Shown here: positions 19,835 to 28,378 of the stretch, piece by piece
Position numbering within the stretch: position 1 is the stretch's first letter
Layout of the letters: each line of letters opens with the position of its first letter
DNA from: Chloroflexota bacterium
GTDB lineage: Bacteria; Chloroflexota; Dehalococcoidia; JACPQD01
Reading direction: 5' to 3'
Assembly (NCBI GenBank): GCA_016190665.1
Contig: JACPQD010000091.1
Coordinates: forward strand, 27,246 to 91,245
Length of the DNA: 64,000 nucleotides
Notes under the pieces: generated by a model
The model's input: the letters and a program-made list of their open reading frames with translations, nothing else
What the model was told of the DNA's origin: nothing
The model's database searches: none
Program-made: the position numbers and the translations under genes

Positions 19835-19899
19835 CGCACTGAAGTACGAGGCATCGGGAACCGGCTCCGGTGCGCACCTATGCCGCGTACTTTAGTGCG
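19835..19899. repeat. Palindromic repeat element, copy 1 (long-loop version)
   Basis: Arms cgcactgaagtacg (19835-19848) and cgtactttagtgcg (19886-19899) pair with one G-U. The same two 14-nt arms recur at 60426-60463. Confidence 0.8.
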
Positions 19900-20036
19900 C
19901 GGTATCTAAACGACCTATTTTCGTAGCAATCCCCATAGACCCATTATACTATTCCCAGCATGACATGACTCTGAGGGTGGCATGCTTCCTCTACTGAGCA
20001 TTTTGGAGTATAGTGTAATTACTGGAGGAATCCACA

Positions 20037-20606
20037 TTGGGGAAGAATGCGGGCATCTTGTTTCTGGCTCTTGGCGTCGGTGTGCTCACTATCGTTTCCG
20101 CTAACGGGTGCAGCCCCTTCGCAGGCGCGCCGCAGAAGCCGGCAACGTCGGTTCAGCCCCCAGCGGCAGAGACCCCTCAGGGGCTCGTTGGCAAGCCAGC
20201 GCCTCTCTTCTCACTGCCGACGCTGGCGGGAGAAGCCATCAGCCTGCACAGCTTGCGGGGGAAACCGCTGTTCCTGGTTTTTGGCGCCTCCTGGTGACCG
20301 TACTGCCGTCAGGAGCTGGCAGCTCTTGAGAACATCTGGAAAGAGTCAGACCGGTTCGCCATTGTGCTCGTCGATATCAAGGAGAGCAAGGAGACAGTGG
20401 CCCGGGCCATCAACCAGGCCGGCTTGACCTTTCCCGTCCTTCTGGATTCCAATGGGGCTGTGGCGGCGTCCTATAGAGTCAAAGGCATACCGGCCAATTT
20501 CCTCGTCGACAGAGAAGGCGTCGTCAGAGACTACTCCGGCGGTTTCGCCAGCGAGGAAGCTCTTCGGGCGAAGTTGACCGCCTTCGGAGCGCGCTTCGGC
20601 CCCTAG
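20037..20606 (+). CDS. TlpA/ResA-like thiol:disulfide oxidoreductase, probable selenoprotein (UxxC active site; in-frame TGA at 20295-20297)
   Basis: ORFs 20037..20297 and 20364..20606 share one frame. Reading through the TGA gives ...[26 protein letters not shown]...[33 protein letters not shown], a complete TlpA-type fold with TGA exactly at the first Cys of WCxxC. TTG start with ggagga 7 nt upstream. The N-terminus has a signal/lipoprotein-like segment. Confidence 0.75.
20309..20329 (+). promoter_or_regulatory. Candidate bacterial SECIS hairpin
   Basis: tcaggagc / loop tggca / gctcttga forms an 8-bp stem (one G-U) beginning 11 nt after the TGA. The loop contains GG. The position matches the known bacterial SECIS geometry. 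Confidence 0.5.
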
Positions 20607-21518
20607 TACGGTGTAACATTGATTAATCCGAGGGTGGAGCGAAGCGTGACTCACCACCGCCGATTGGATCTGTCGGGTGCAGTCCCGATTTTCCCGACGC
20701 ATCAGGGACTCCCAGAAAGCCCAAGCATCGGGGCTGCACCCACCCTACGGCTGGCTTCATCCGAAACTACAAGTGTTACATCGTACTTGGAGCACTGGCT
20801 TCGCACCCGAGGATGGGCGAACCCGGTAGGACAGCCTTTCCAGACTGTCGGGTGTGGACGGGCAGGAATGCCTATCCAACCACCTGAGAATGGGCGAACA
20901 CATCCTTTGCAGCCAGCCGCTGCCGGAAAGCCTCACATCACGTCTTGTCACCCATCCCGTCTCTCTCCATCTATAGCCTCCTTCAACCTCACAGCATATA
21001 GGTCCCGATATTTCAGCACACACTGAACCCACCCTGGTGCAACACGCCCGTTCTCTTTATCCTCCGCAAATAAATGTCGATAATATGACTTAGTGAACAA
21101 CGTAACACGGATTGGAAAGGAGAAAGCCTATAGGCCAAGCTCCACCGACAAGAGCAAATCCAGCGAAAGTTGGAGACGCAAAGCTACGGGCCTGTGGTTC
21201 GGGATGGACTAGGGCGGCTGGGGCGGAGGAACAGAACTAAGGCAGCCGGGTTGCCGAAAGAAGCAGCCGTGACAACCAGACAAGCCATTCAATGATATCT
21301 TACTGAAGATTACGTCCGTGGCTCGCAAAGGACAGGGAGCAGCGGGCGTTTGCTTTTTTCGAAAGAGCGACCAGGCTGGCAGGCCCGCAGCGCCGGGGGA
21401 GAGGCAGAAAGGAGGGGATGGCAACCGAAGCAAAGAAACGACCACACTCAGTAGCAGGATAAGTCAGACGCAACCCTGGACAAACTCAAGACGGAAAAAA
21501 TCAAGGAGGTTCATCGAA

Positions 21519-21695
21519 ATGGAATACATCACAAGGTTCTGGAAAGAGGAAGAGGCCATCGAGACTATGGAGTTCGCCCTTATCGCTGGCCTGGTGGCGA
21601 TCGCAGCCATAGCCGGGGCAACCACGCTCGGCACCAACCTTCAAACTTGGTTCGCTGGCATAGCCACCACTGTAGGCACGCTGCCGACATCGTAG
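21519..21695 (+). CDS. flp: Flp-family type IVb pilin
   Basis: 58 aa. MEYITRFWKEEEAIETMEFALIAGLVAIAAIAGA has the Flp leader plus the xxxxEF/hydrophobic motif. SD aaggagg lies 9 nt upstream. Confidence 0.85.
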   Translation: MEYITRFWKEEEAIETMEFALIAGLVAIAAIAGATTLGTNLQTWFAGIATTVGTLPTS

Positions 21696-21763
21696 TTGAA
21701 GGCGCAGGACCTCGCCGAACTGGCTTGGCGGGAGCCCGCCGCTGAGGCTCCCGCACCCGAAAC

Positions 21764-21982
21764 ATGTCACCAGGTGCGGGAGCCTCGAGAGAAGGGATAA
21801 GGGAACTGAAAGCAACGACTGCGTTCTGGAAAGACGAAGAAGCCTTCGAGTCCATGGAGTTCGCCGTTATCGGCAGTTTGTTCGCGCTGGCAGTGATAGC
21901 GGGGATGACCGCGCTGAGAGACAACCTCCAAATCTGGTTCCAGAATATGTCGACAACCATCGGCGCCATACCCACGTCCTAG
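21764..21982 (+). CDS. flp: Flp-family pilin, second copy (start uncertain)
   Basis: ...AFWKDEEAFESMEFAVIGSLFALAVIAGMTAL is paralogous to the first Flp. ATG 21764 has no SD. Alignment with Flp1 suggests a shorter leader, possibly starting near 21806. Confidence 0.7.
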   Translation: MSPGAGASREGIRELKATTAFWKDEEAFESMEFAVIGSLFALAVIAGMTALRDNLQIWFQNMSTTIGAIPTS

Positions 21983-22064
21983 GCAGAGACGCCGGGGACT
22001 GCCATGACCTCGGGGCTGCCGGGCCCACGGAAAAGGCGCCGGCGGGGACTACTGAGAGAACAGA

Positions 22065-22628
22065 ATGATTCCTGAACTGGCCATGCATCTCATCAATAGC
22101 GCTCTCGTCGCCCTGGTATTCGGCGCCTTGTACACCGACGTTAGGTCGCGCCGAATACCGAACTGGCAGACGGTGCCGGCGATCGGGATCGGCATCGCCT
22201 TGAACGCTGTCTACGCCGGTCAGGCTGGCATCCTTTCCAGCCTGACCGGAGGGCTGATCGGCGCCGCCCTGCTTCTCCTCCCCTACCTGCTAGGAGGCAT
22301 GGGCGCCGGAGATGTCAAGCTTCTAATGGCCATTGGCGCTCTCAAGGGGTCGCCTTTCATTTTGTGGACCGGCGGCTACGCCGCCCTGATCGGCGGCCTC
22401 ATGGCGATCGCAATCGTGATCAAGAGAAAGAGCGTCCTTCCATTACTTCGCTACCTTCTTAACCCGCTATTGGGTTCCGGCGTGGCCGCGTACGTTCCGC
22501 CAGCCTTGACCGCGCGGATATCTCTCCAAACGGCGGAGAGGCCGGAAAGCCTTTCGGTGCGCCTGCCCTACGGTGTGGCCATCGGGTTGGGAACGCTGGG
22601 CGCGCTATATCTCCAGTATCTGCATTAG
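22065..22628 (+). CDS. cpaA: A24-family prepilin peptidase (CpaA/TadV)
   Basis: 187 aa, polytopic. It has ..YTDVRSRRIPN.. and ..GGMGAGDVKLLMAIGA.., the two catalytic Asp motifs. Confidence 0.9.
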   Translation: MIPELAMHLINSALVALVFGALYTDVRSRRIPNWQTVPAIGIGIALNAVYAGQAGILSSLTGGLIGAALLLLPYLLGGMGAGDVKLLMAIGALKGSPFILWTGGYAALIGGLMAIAIVIKRKSVLPLLRYLLNPLLGSGVAAYVPPALTARISLQTAERPESLSVRLPYGVAIGLGTLGALYLQYLH

Positions 22629-22636
22629 CAGCAGGC

Positions 22637-23119
22637 GTGGAGGTGGCAGCGGTGAAATTCATCGGATCTATTTCAAACCATCGCGGCGCCAGGAGCGAGG
22701 ACGGGTCGGGTGTGGTGGAGTTCGCCCTGGTGGGGATGATCCTCGTGCTGCTGGTTTCCGGGGTGTGGGACTTCGGCCGCCTCTTCAATGCCTGGCTGGT
22801 CACCACTAACGCCGCGCGCGAGGGCGCGAGGTACGCGGCCGTATTCGGCGCCGACCGCAACATGACGGAGAGCGACGTGGTCAATCAGGTGAAGCAAAAG
22901 ACCTTGGAATACCTTGACGCTGGCCTCGCCGCCCGGGGAGACGTGCAGCCTTACGCGGCCAGCGACGTAATCGTTCAGTTCCCTGCCGGTCGTTCCATTG
23001 GAGAAAGAGTAAAAGTAACCGTCTCGCTTCGAGTAGCTGTCTGGCCCCTGGCCAGAGACCTCTTTTTCGGCGGGTCCGACTCGGCGGCGATACAGGGTGC
23101 GGCTTCGATGCGCATTTAG
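22637..23119 (+). CDS. tadE: TadE-like pseudopilin
   Basis: GSGVVEFALVGMILVLLVSGVWDFGRLFNAWLVTTNAAREGARYAAV is the TadE N-terminal signature. Confidence 0.8.
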   Translation: MEVAAVKFIGSISNHRGARSEDGSGVVEFALVGMILVLLVSGVWDFGRLFNAWLVTTNAAREGARYAAVFGADRNMTESDVVNQVKQKTLEYLDAGLAARGDVQPYAASDVIVQFPAGRSIGERVKVTVSLRVAVWPLARDLFFGGSDSAAIQGAASMRI

Positions 23120-23140
23120 GCTGGGTGGGGAGGCGGCCTC

Positions 23141-23551
23141 GTGGTACGCAAAGTAAAGTCCGTGGATGGAGCCGGCACCGTAGAGTTCGCCCTTGTTGGC
23201 CTTCTTCTGTTCATGCTGATGCAAGGCGTAATGGAAGGCGGCCGGGTCTTCGGCGGCTGGCTTGTTATCACCAATGAGGCTCGCGAGGCGGCTCGCTGGG
23301 GAGCGGTCAGAGTCGGCGATCCGGCATATCCGAGCTTCTCTTCCCTGGAGACCGCCGTCCGGGACCAGATCATCAGCAGAACCGAAGGTCTAATCAGTCA
23401 CGATCCAGCCGTTTTCTCGGTAGTCAGCACCGCGAACGACACTGCCGTTACCGTTCGCATAGACTACATTGTGGATATGATCTCTCCCTTGATGGCCAGC
23501 ATTTGGCCCAGCTTCCAGCTATCGGCAGAATCGGTGATGCGCTCAGAATGA
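23141..23551 (+). CDS. TadE/TadF-like pseudopilin, second copy
   Basis: GAGTVEFALVGLLLFMLMQGVMEGGRVFGGWLVITNEAREAARWGAV. Confidence 0.8.
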   Translation: MVRKVKSVDGAGTVEFALVGLLLFMLMQGVMEGGRVFGGWLVITNEAREAARWGAVRVGDPAYPSFSSLETAVRDQIISRTEGLISHDPAVFSVVSTANDTAVTVRIDYIVDMISPLMASIWPSFQLSAESVMRSE

Positions 23552-23561
23552 GGAGTGAACG

Positions 23562-24599
23562 GTGTTCTGGTTCTACGAGAGAGCCCGCGCTTTTTGCCGG
23601 AACGACGAGGCAGTTGTGGTCGTGGGCGTCGCTATCTCGTCTGTGGCTCTCGTGGGTTTTCTCGCGCTAACCGTCGACCTCGGAGCAATCTATGAGGTCC
23701 GTCACCAGCTTCAAACCGGCGCCGACGGAGCTGCTCTCGCTGGGGCCTGGGAGCTGCCAAACAACCTTGCTGCCGCCGCCAGCAAGGCTCAAGAGTACGC
23801 CGGCCATAACGGGATTTCCTCTGGCGAGATCACGATTACTATCCAGAGCATCTTGAACCCGAACGATGGCATTCAAGTGAGAACAGTGCGGAACGTGGAC
23901 CTCGTCTTTGGGCGGGTGCTGAACTTGAATGCTGTCGCGGTGGAAGCTAGCGCCACGGCCATCGCGGTTCAGCTTCAACCCAAGGCGCTCTGGCCAATCC
24001 TTCTGCCAGTCAGCGATGCGGGAAGCGCCTACACGGTACTGTCCATGGGACCGCCCGGCAGTGAGTGGGTCCCAGGGACCGTAAGGGCAACCGACTATCC
24101 TCCCCCGGGGGGTACGGAGGACTACGTATACGATTTCACCTACGGTTGGGATGATACGACAGGGGCAATGCCAGTTTACAGCCCACCGGACCCTTATTCC
24201 TGGTGGATCGATCTTAAGCCGGGGAATATGGTCAACGCGACGCAGGACGCCCTGAACAGCGTCCTGGCAAACAGCGCCGCATACGACCCCCCATCCTGTC
24301 TTTTGGCTGACCCTTACAGCTTCAACCCTGACAACCCGCCGGTCGGCTTCATTCCGAGCATTGCGTGCTATCGTATCCGATATTTCCCGCTGGTCTCCGA
24401 TGCGTCGTGGGACGCAGCCAAAGGCAGGAGTCAACCGGTGGAGATCACAGGATTCGTTCCTACCTACCTCATCGGCTATGACGGTTCGGGGGCGACGATT
24501 AACATTCACCTTGTCTTCTTGCGTGAGGCCCGAGCCATGGGCAGGGCCATAGTGGGAGCTCCGTTGAACGGACTCCTCGGCGCCCGTTTGTGGCGCTAA
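23562..24599 (+). CDS. tadG: TadG-like pilus assembly protein
   Basis: VVVVGVAISSVALVGFLALTVDLGAIYEVRHQLQTGADGAALAGAWEL is the TadG N-terminal domain signature. Confidence 0.75.
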   Translation: MFWFYERARAFCRNDEAVVVVGVAISSVALVGFLALTVDLGAIYEVRHQLQTGADGAALAGAWELPNNLAAAASKAQEYAGHNGISSGEITITIQSILNPNDGIQVRTVRNVDLVFGRVLNLNAVAVEASATAIAVQLQPKALWPILLPVSDAGSAYTVLSMGPPGSEWVPGTVRATDYPPPGGTEDYVYDFTYGWDDTTGAMPVYSPPDPYSWWIDLKPGNMVNATQDALNSVLANSAAYDPPSCLLADPYSFNPDNPPVGFIPSIACYRIRYFPLVSDASWDAAKGRSQPVEITGFVPTYLIGYDGSGATINIHLVFLREARAMGRAIVGAPLNGLLGARLWR

Positions 24600-24637
24600 G
24601 CGACTCCTAGAAAGAGCCACATTGTTGTTGGGGTGGG

Positions 24638-25693
24638 GTGGGGGCTGAGGTGGTAAGCAACATAGTCAAGAGGATGTTCGCCTGGCGAAAGGACGAGAGA
24701 GGTGTTGTGGTGCTCACCGTGGCCCTTTCGTCGGTGGGGCTGATGGGATTCGTTGCCATGGCTGTGGACGTGGGAATGATCTACGAGACGCGCCGCCAAC
24801 TTCAAGTCGGGCTGGATGGGGCCGCCCTGGCGGGAGCGTGGGAGCTTCCCTCTGATCCAGCCAACGCCGTGGCAAAGGGCAGCGAGTACGCAGCCTACAA
24901 CGGGATTCCGAGCACCGAGATTACGGCCAGGACGATAATGACCATCTTCAATCCCAACGACGCCCTTCAGTTCACGGCCCGGCGCCGCGTGGACCTGACC
25001 TTCGCGCGGATTCTAGGGCTCGATGTGGCGGACGTGGATGCCAGCGCTACCGCCATCGTCGCCCAGGTGCCGCCCGTAGGCGTCTGGCCCTGGGGCGTGC
25101 CCGCAAGCCAGGCCGACGAGGGCTACGTTGTGCTCAAGTATGGCGCCATAGGCGATAGGGGCGGACCGGGCAACTTCGGCCCCCTGAACTTGCCGCCCGG
25201 CGAGGGCGCCACGAGCTATCTGAGCTACATCCGGAACGGATGGGACGATCCTGGAGGCGCGATGCCGCCTTACGCCCCACCTAATCCGTATTCCTGGTGG
25301 GTTGACCCGCAAACAGGCAACATGGTGGGGCCGACGAGAGTGGGCGTGGACTACTTGCTGGATATGAGCGTGCAGTATGATAAGCCAGCCTGGATTCTGG
25401 CCGACCCTGACAACTACGACCCGGACAATCCGCCCGCCGGGTTCAAGCCGCATATCGACGGCTACCGGATCGGGCTTATACCCCTTATCTCCGATGCTTC
25501 ATGGGACGCCGCCACAGGGAAGAGCAGACCTGTGGAGATCACCGGTTTCGCTGCCTTCTATCTTGACGGCCGCTTCGATCAAGGCGGACATATGTACGTC
25601 ACCGGCGTTTTCCTGGCGAATGCCAAAGGCTTCGGAAAGGCGCTCATAGGAGCGCCCCTGGAGGGGCTCATTGGCGCTCGCCTCTGGAGATGA
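24638..25693 (+). CDS. tadG: TadG-like pilus assembly protein, paralogue
   Basis: GVVVLTVALSSVGLMGFVAMAVDVGMIYETRRQLQVGLDGAALAGAWEL. It is collinear with the previous gene to the C-terminus (...GAPLEGLIGARLWR vs ...GAPLNGLLGARLWR). The start may be ATG 24674. Confidence 0.75.
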   Translation: MGAEVVSNIVKRMFAWRKDERGVVVLTVALSSVGLMGFVAMAVDVGMIYETRRQLQVGLDGAALAGAWELPSDPANAVAKGSEYAAYNGIPSTEITARTIMTIFNPNDALQFTARRRVDLTFARILGLDVADVDASATAIVAQVPPVGVWPWGVPASQADEGYVVLKYGAIGDRGGPGNFGPLNLPPGEGATSYLSYIRNGWDDPGGAMPPYAPPNPYSWWVDPQTGNMVGPTRVGVDYLLDMSVQYDKPAWILADPDNYDPDNPPAGFKPHIDGYRIGLIPLISDASWDAATGKSRPVEITGFAAFYLDGRFDQGGHMYVTGVFLANAKGFGKALIGAPLEGLIGARLWR

Positions 25694-25751
25694 ACCAGTC
25701 GGCTAAACCCGACAAGTCGGGACCAGCCAATATACAGAAGGGAACCAGATA

Positions 25752-27146
25752 GTGGGAGCCATACGACGCAGAAAAGCTTTGATTCTGGCGCTCATGTTGG
25801 GCCTGGTAGCTGCCCTAGTATCCTATCAGTATGTGCAACAGAAGGCGGCGCTGCCGCCCCCGCCCGTTGAGATGACGCGAGTGGTAGTCGCCGCGGCTGA
25901 CATCCCCTCGCGGACCAAGTTGTCCAAGACCATGCTCAAGCTGGAAGAGATGCCCCTGTCGGCAAAACACCCGGATGCCCTGACGTCCTTGACCGAGGCT
26001 GAAGGCAAAGTCACCCGGCTGCCCATAACGGCCGGCGAGCAGGTGCTGTCCAAAAAGTTTTCCCTGGAACGGGCCGAATCGGGTCTGGCCTTCATGCTCG
26101 CCCCGTCGAAGCGAGCCGTCGCCATTAAGGTCAACGAAGTGACGGGGACCGGCGGCTTAATCCTGCCTGGAGACCACGTTGACGTTATCGCCGTCTTCGA
26201 TGCCAAGACTTTTGGAAAGGACTCAGCCTTGTTCGTGCTGCAGGACATCGAGGTACTCGCCGTGGCGCAAACAATCGAGGGGGTGGCGGACACGAGCACG
26301 ATCATCGAGAGGGGAAGTGGAATGGTGGGCCTCACACCGTCAAGACCAGCGACGAGCAGACCCAAGCCGCAGCCGGAGGCCAAATCCATCACCGTGGCCG
26401 TGGACCCTGAACAGGCTCAACGTCTGGTGCTGGCCGAGGAACGCGGTAAGCTGCGCATAGTCTTGCGACCCTACAAGGACACGAGACAGGTTGAGCTGGG
26501 CCAGGCCACTCTGGGAAACATACAGGCGCCTTTGAAGCAGGGGCAGGCGCGCATTACTTCTGTCTCCATCTCCCCGACAGAGCTCAGGATAGGCGACACG
26601 ATGAAGGTCGAGATCACCGTAAAGAACACGTCCACTGTCGACATCAGAAGTCAGGGGCCGGGACCGGGATTCACCTATATACAAGGGCAGACCTTCTATT
26701 CTCAGGCCTACCCATCGCAGGCAGGCGCCTACCGGGTGGGCCTCAACTTCGCCGGACAGGCGCCGGTGGAGTTCCCCTACCGGTGGGGATTCGGAGGGAG
26801 CTTGCCGGCCGGCTCAAGTGTCACTGTGGTTGGGCACGTCAGATTCCTGAATGAGTTCAAACTGACCAACTTCTGGGCGGGCCTCGTCCTTGAGCCCGCT
26901 GAAATAGTTGAGGACAGCGTGGGCATGACGCCTGTGGTGGTGATGGCGGCCAACGGCAGCGTGGTGATAGTCGACAACGCCCAGGTCAGGAGCGCGCCGT
27001 CCATCGGCTCAAGCGTAGTCGAGTCCCTCCCCTTTGGGACCGAGCTAACCGTCCTGAGCAAGGAAGCGGACTGGTACAGAATAGCTATCCCTGGTACTGA
27101 CCGACAGGGGTATGTGGCGGCGGCCTGGATATCTGGCCCGCGCTGA
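25752..27146 (+). CDS. cpaB: CpaB/RcpC pilus assembly protein with long C-terminal extension ending in an SH3b-like domain
   Basis: N-terminal TM plus a SAF/CpaB region (VVVAAADIPSRTKLSKTMLKLEEMP...). An extra ~200 aa ends VRSAPSIGSSVVESLPFGTELTVLSKEADWYRIAIPGTDRQGYVAAAWI, which looks like bacterial SH3. Confidence 0.82.
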   Translation: MGAIRRRKALILALMLGLVAALVSYQYVQQKAALPPPPVEMTRVVVAAADIPSRTKLSKTMLKLEEMPLSAKHPDALTSLTEAEGKVTRLPITAGEQVLSKKFSLERAESGLAFMLAPSKRAVAIKVNEVTGTGGLILPGDHVDVIAVFDAKTFGKDSALFVLQDIEVLAVAQTIEGVADTSTIIERGSGMVGLTPSRPATSRPKPQPEAKSITVAVDPEQAQRLVLAEERGKLRIVLRPYKDTRQVELGQATLGNIQAPLKQGQARITSVSISPTELRIGDTMKVEITVKNTSTVDIRSQGPGPGFTYIQGQTFYSQAYPSQAGAYRVGLNFAGQAPVEFPYRWGFGGSLPAGSSVTVVGHVRFLNEFKLTNFWAGLVLEPAEIVEDSVGMTPVVVMAANGSVVIVDNAQVRSAPSIGSSVVESLPFGTELTVLSKEADWYRIAIPGTDRQGYVAAAWISGPR

Positions 27147-27157
27147 GGCAGGTTACC

Positions 27158-28348
27158 ATGAAAGAGCGCATTAAGCTATTGATCGCGGACGACCGGGAGA
27201 AGGAGCGGGCTGCTTTGCGGAAGCTGCTCGCCGCCAGCGCGATAGACGTTATTATCGTCGGCGAAACCGGGGTGGGCACGGAAACGCTGACCGCGGCCGA
27301 AGACGTGGCGCCCCATGTCATCCTGTTGAGCCTGGAGGAGCCTCTGGCCCGTCCGCTACGCATTCTCGAGTCTCTCGCCCTCACCGGCACAGCCCCGATC
27401 ATCGCGCTATCATCGATCGGCGAACGCGACTGCTTGCGCAAAGCGATGCGAGCTGGAGCCAAGGAATACCTGGTGAGGCCACTGAACGCCGAGGACCTGG
27501 CGACCGCCATCGAGAGCATTTACGCGGCGGAACAGCATAGAAAATCTCTGCTCTCCAGCGGCTCCACCGTCAGCGCTCGAGCCCAGGGGGAGGTGATCAC
27601 CGTTTTCAGCGCTAAGGGCGGCACGGGCAAGACTACCCTTGCTGCTAACCTGGCGGTCGCCCTTGCTCTGGAAACGGAGCGACGCGTAGCGCTCCTCGAC
27701 CTCAACCTGGAACAAGGCGACGTTCCCCTCATGTTGGACGTCGTTCCCGAGAAGACTGTCCTCGACCTCGTCCAAATCATCGATCGCGTTGAATCGGACA
27801 TGATTGAGGGGTTTCTCTGCATGCATAGCTCCGGCGTGAAGGTACTGGCCGCTCCCAACGAAATGAAAGCTGGAGAGTTGATAAACAGCCAGCATGTCAG
27901 GAAAATCATCATGCTGCTAGCCAAACTCTTTGACTATGTGGTGATCGATACGCCGCCGAATCTCAGCGCCACGGTGCTGGCCGCCTTTGAACTGTCCAAC
28001 GAGATCTTTCTCATCACCACGCCGCAGATCACCTGCCTGAAGAACTCCAGGATCGTGCTGGAGTTGTTGAAATCCCAGCATCCCTATGGCAGCAAGGTAA
28101 AGATTGTAGTGAACGACGCCTACATGCCGGACGGTATCTCGCATGCCGAGGTGGGCAGGGCGCTGGACTACCCGATTTTCTGGAAAATACCCTATGACAC
28201 CCTTGTCGTCGAATCCATTAAGGTGGGAGAACCCTTCGTACTGGCGAAGTCGGCAGGCAAGGTCTCCCGTAATGTGTCCGATCTAGCGAGGATTCTCGGT
28301 GGAGTACAGAAACAGCGCAAGAAATTGCTCGGAATATTCGGAAAGTAG
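27158..28348 (+). CDS. tadZ: TadZ/CpaE-type ParA/MinD ATPase with N-terminal receiver-like domain
   Basis: The IKLLIADDREKERAALRKLL receiver-like N-terminus is followed by VITVFSAKGGTGKTTLAANLAVALA, a deviant Walker A. Confidence 0.85.
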   Translation: MKERIKLLIADDREKERAALRKLLAASAIDVIIVGETGVGTETLTAAEDVAPHVILLSLEEPLARPLRILESLALTGTAPIIALSSIGERDCLRKAMRAGAKEYLVRPLNAEDLATAIESIYAAEQHRKSLLSSGSTVSARAQGEVITVFSAKGGTGKTTLAANLAVALALETERRVALLDLNLEQGDVPLMLDVVPEKTVLDLVQIIDRVESDMIEGFLCMHSSGVKVLAAPNEMKAGELINSQHVRKIIMLLAKLFDYVVIDTPPNLSATVLAAFELSNEIFLITTPQITCLKNSRIVLELLKSQHPYGSKVKIVVNDAYMPDGISHAEVGRALDYPIFWKIPYDTLVVESIKVGEPFVLAKSAGKVSRNVSDLARILGGVQKQRKKLLGIFGK

Positions 28349-28378
28349 TCAGGCGCCGCTGGAAAGAAGGGAACGGCT

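Noticed and set aside
20640-21030. Known housekeeping ncRNA (RNase P RNA, tmRNA, SRP RNA, 6S) in the long intergenic region
   Set aside because: I could not find the universally conserved blocks: gaggaaagtccgggc for RNase P, a tRNA-like acceptor/T-arm plus tag ORF for tmRNA, or the SRP domain IV motif. It is kept only as an unclassified structured candidate.
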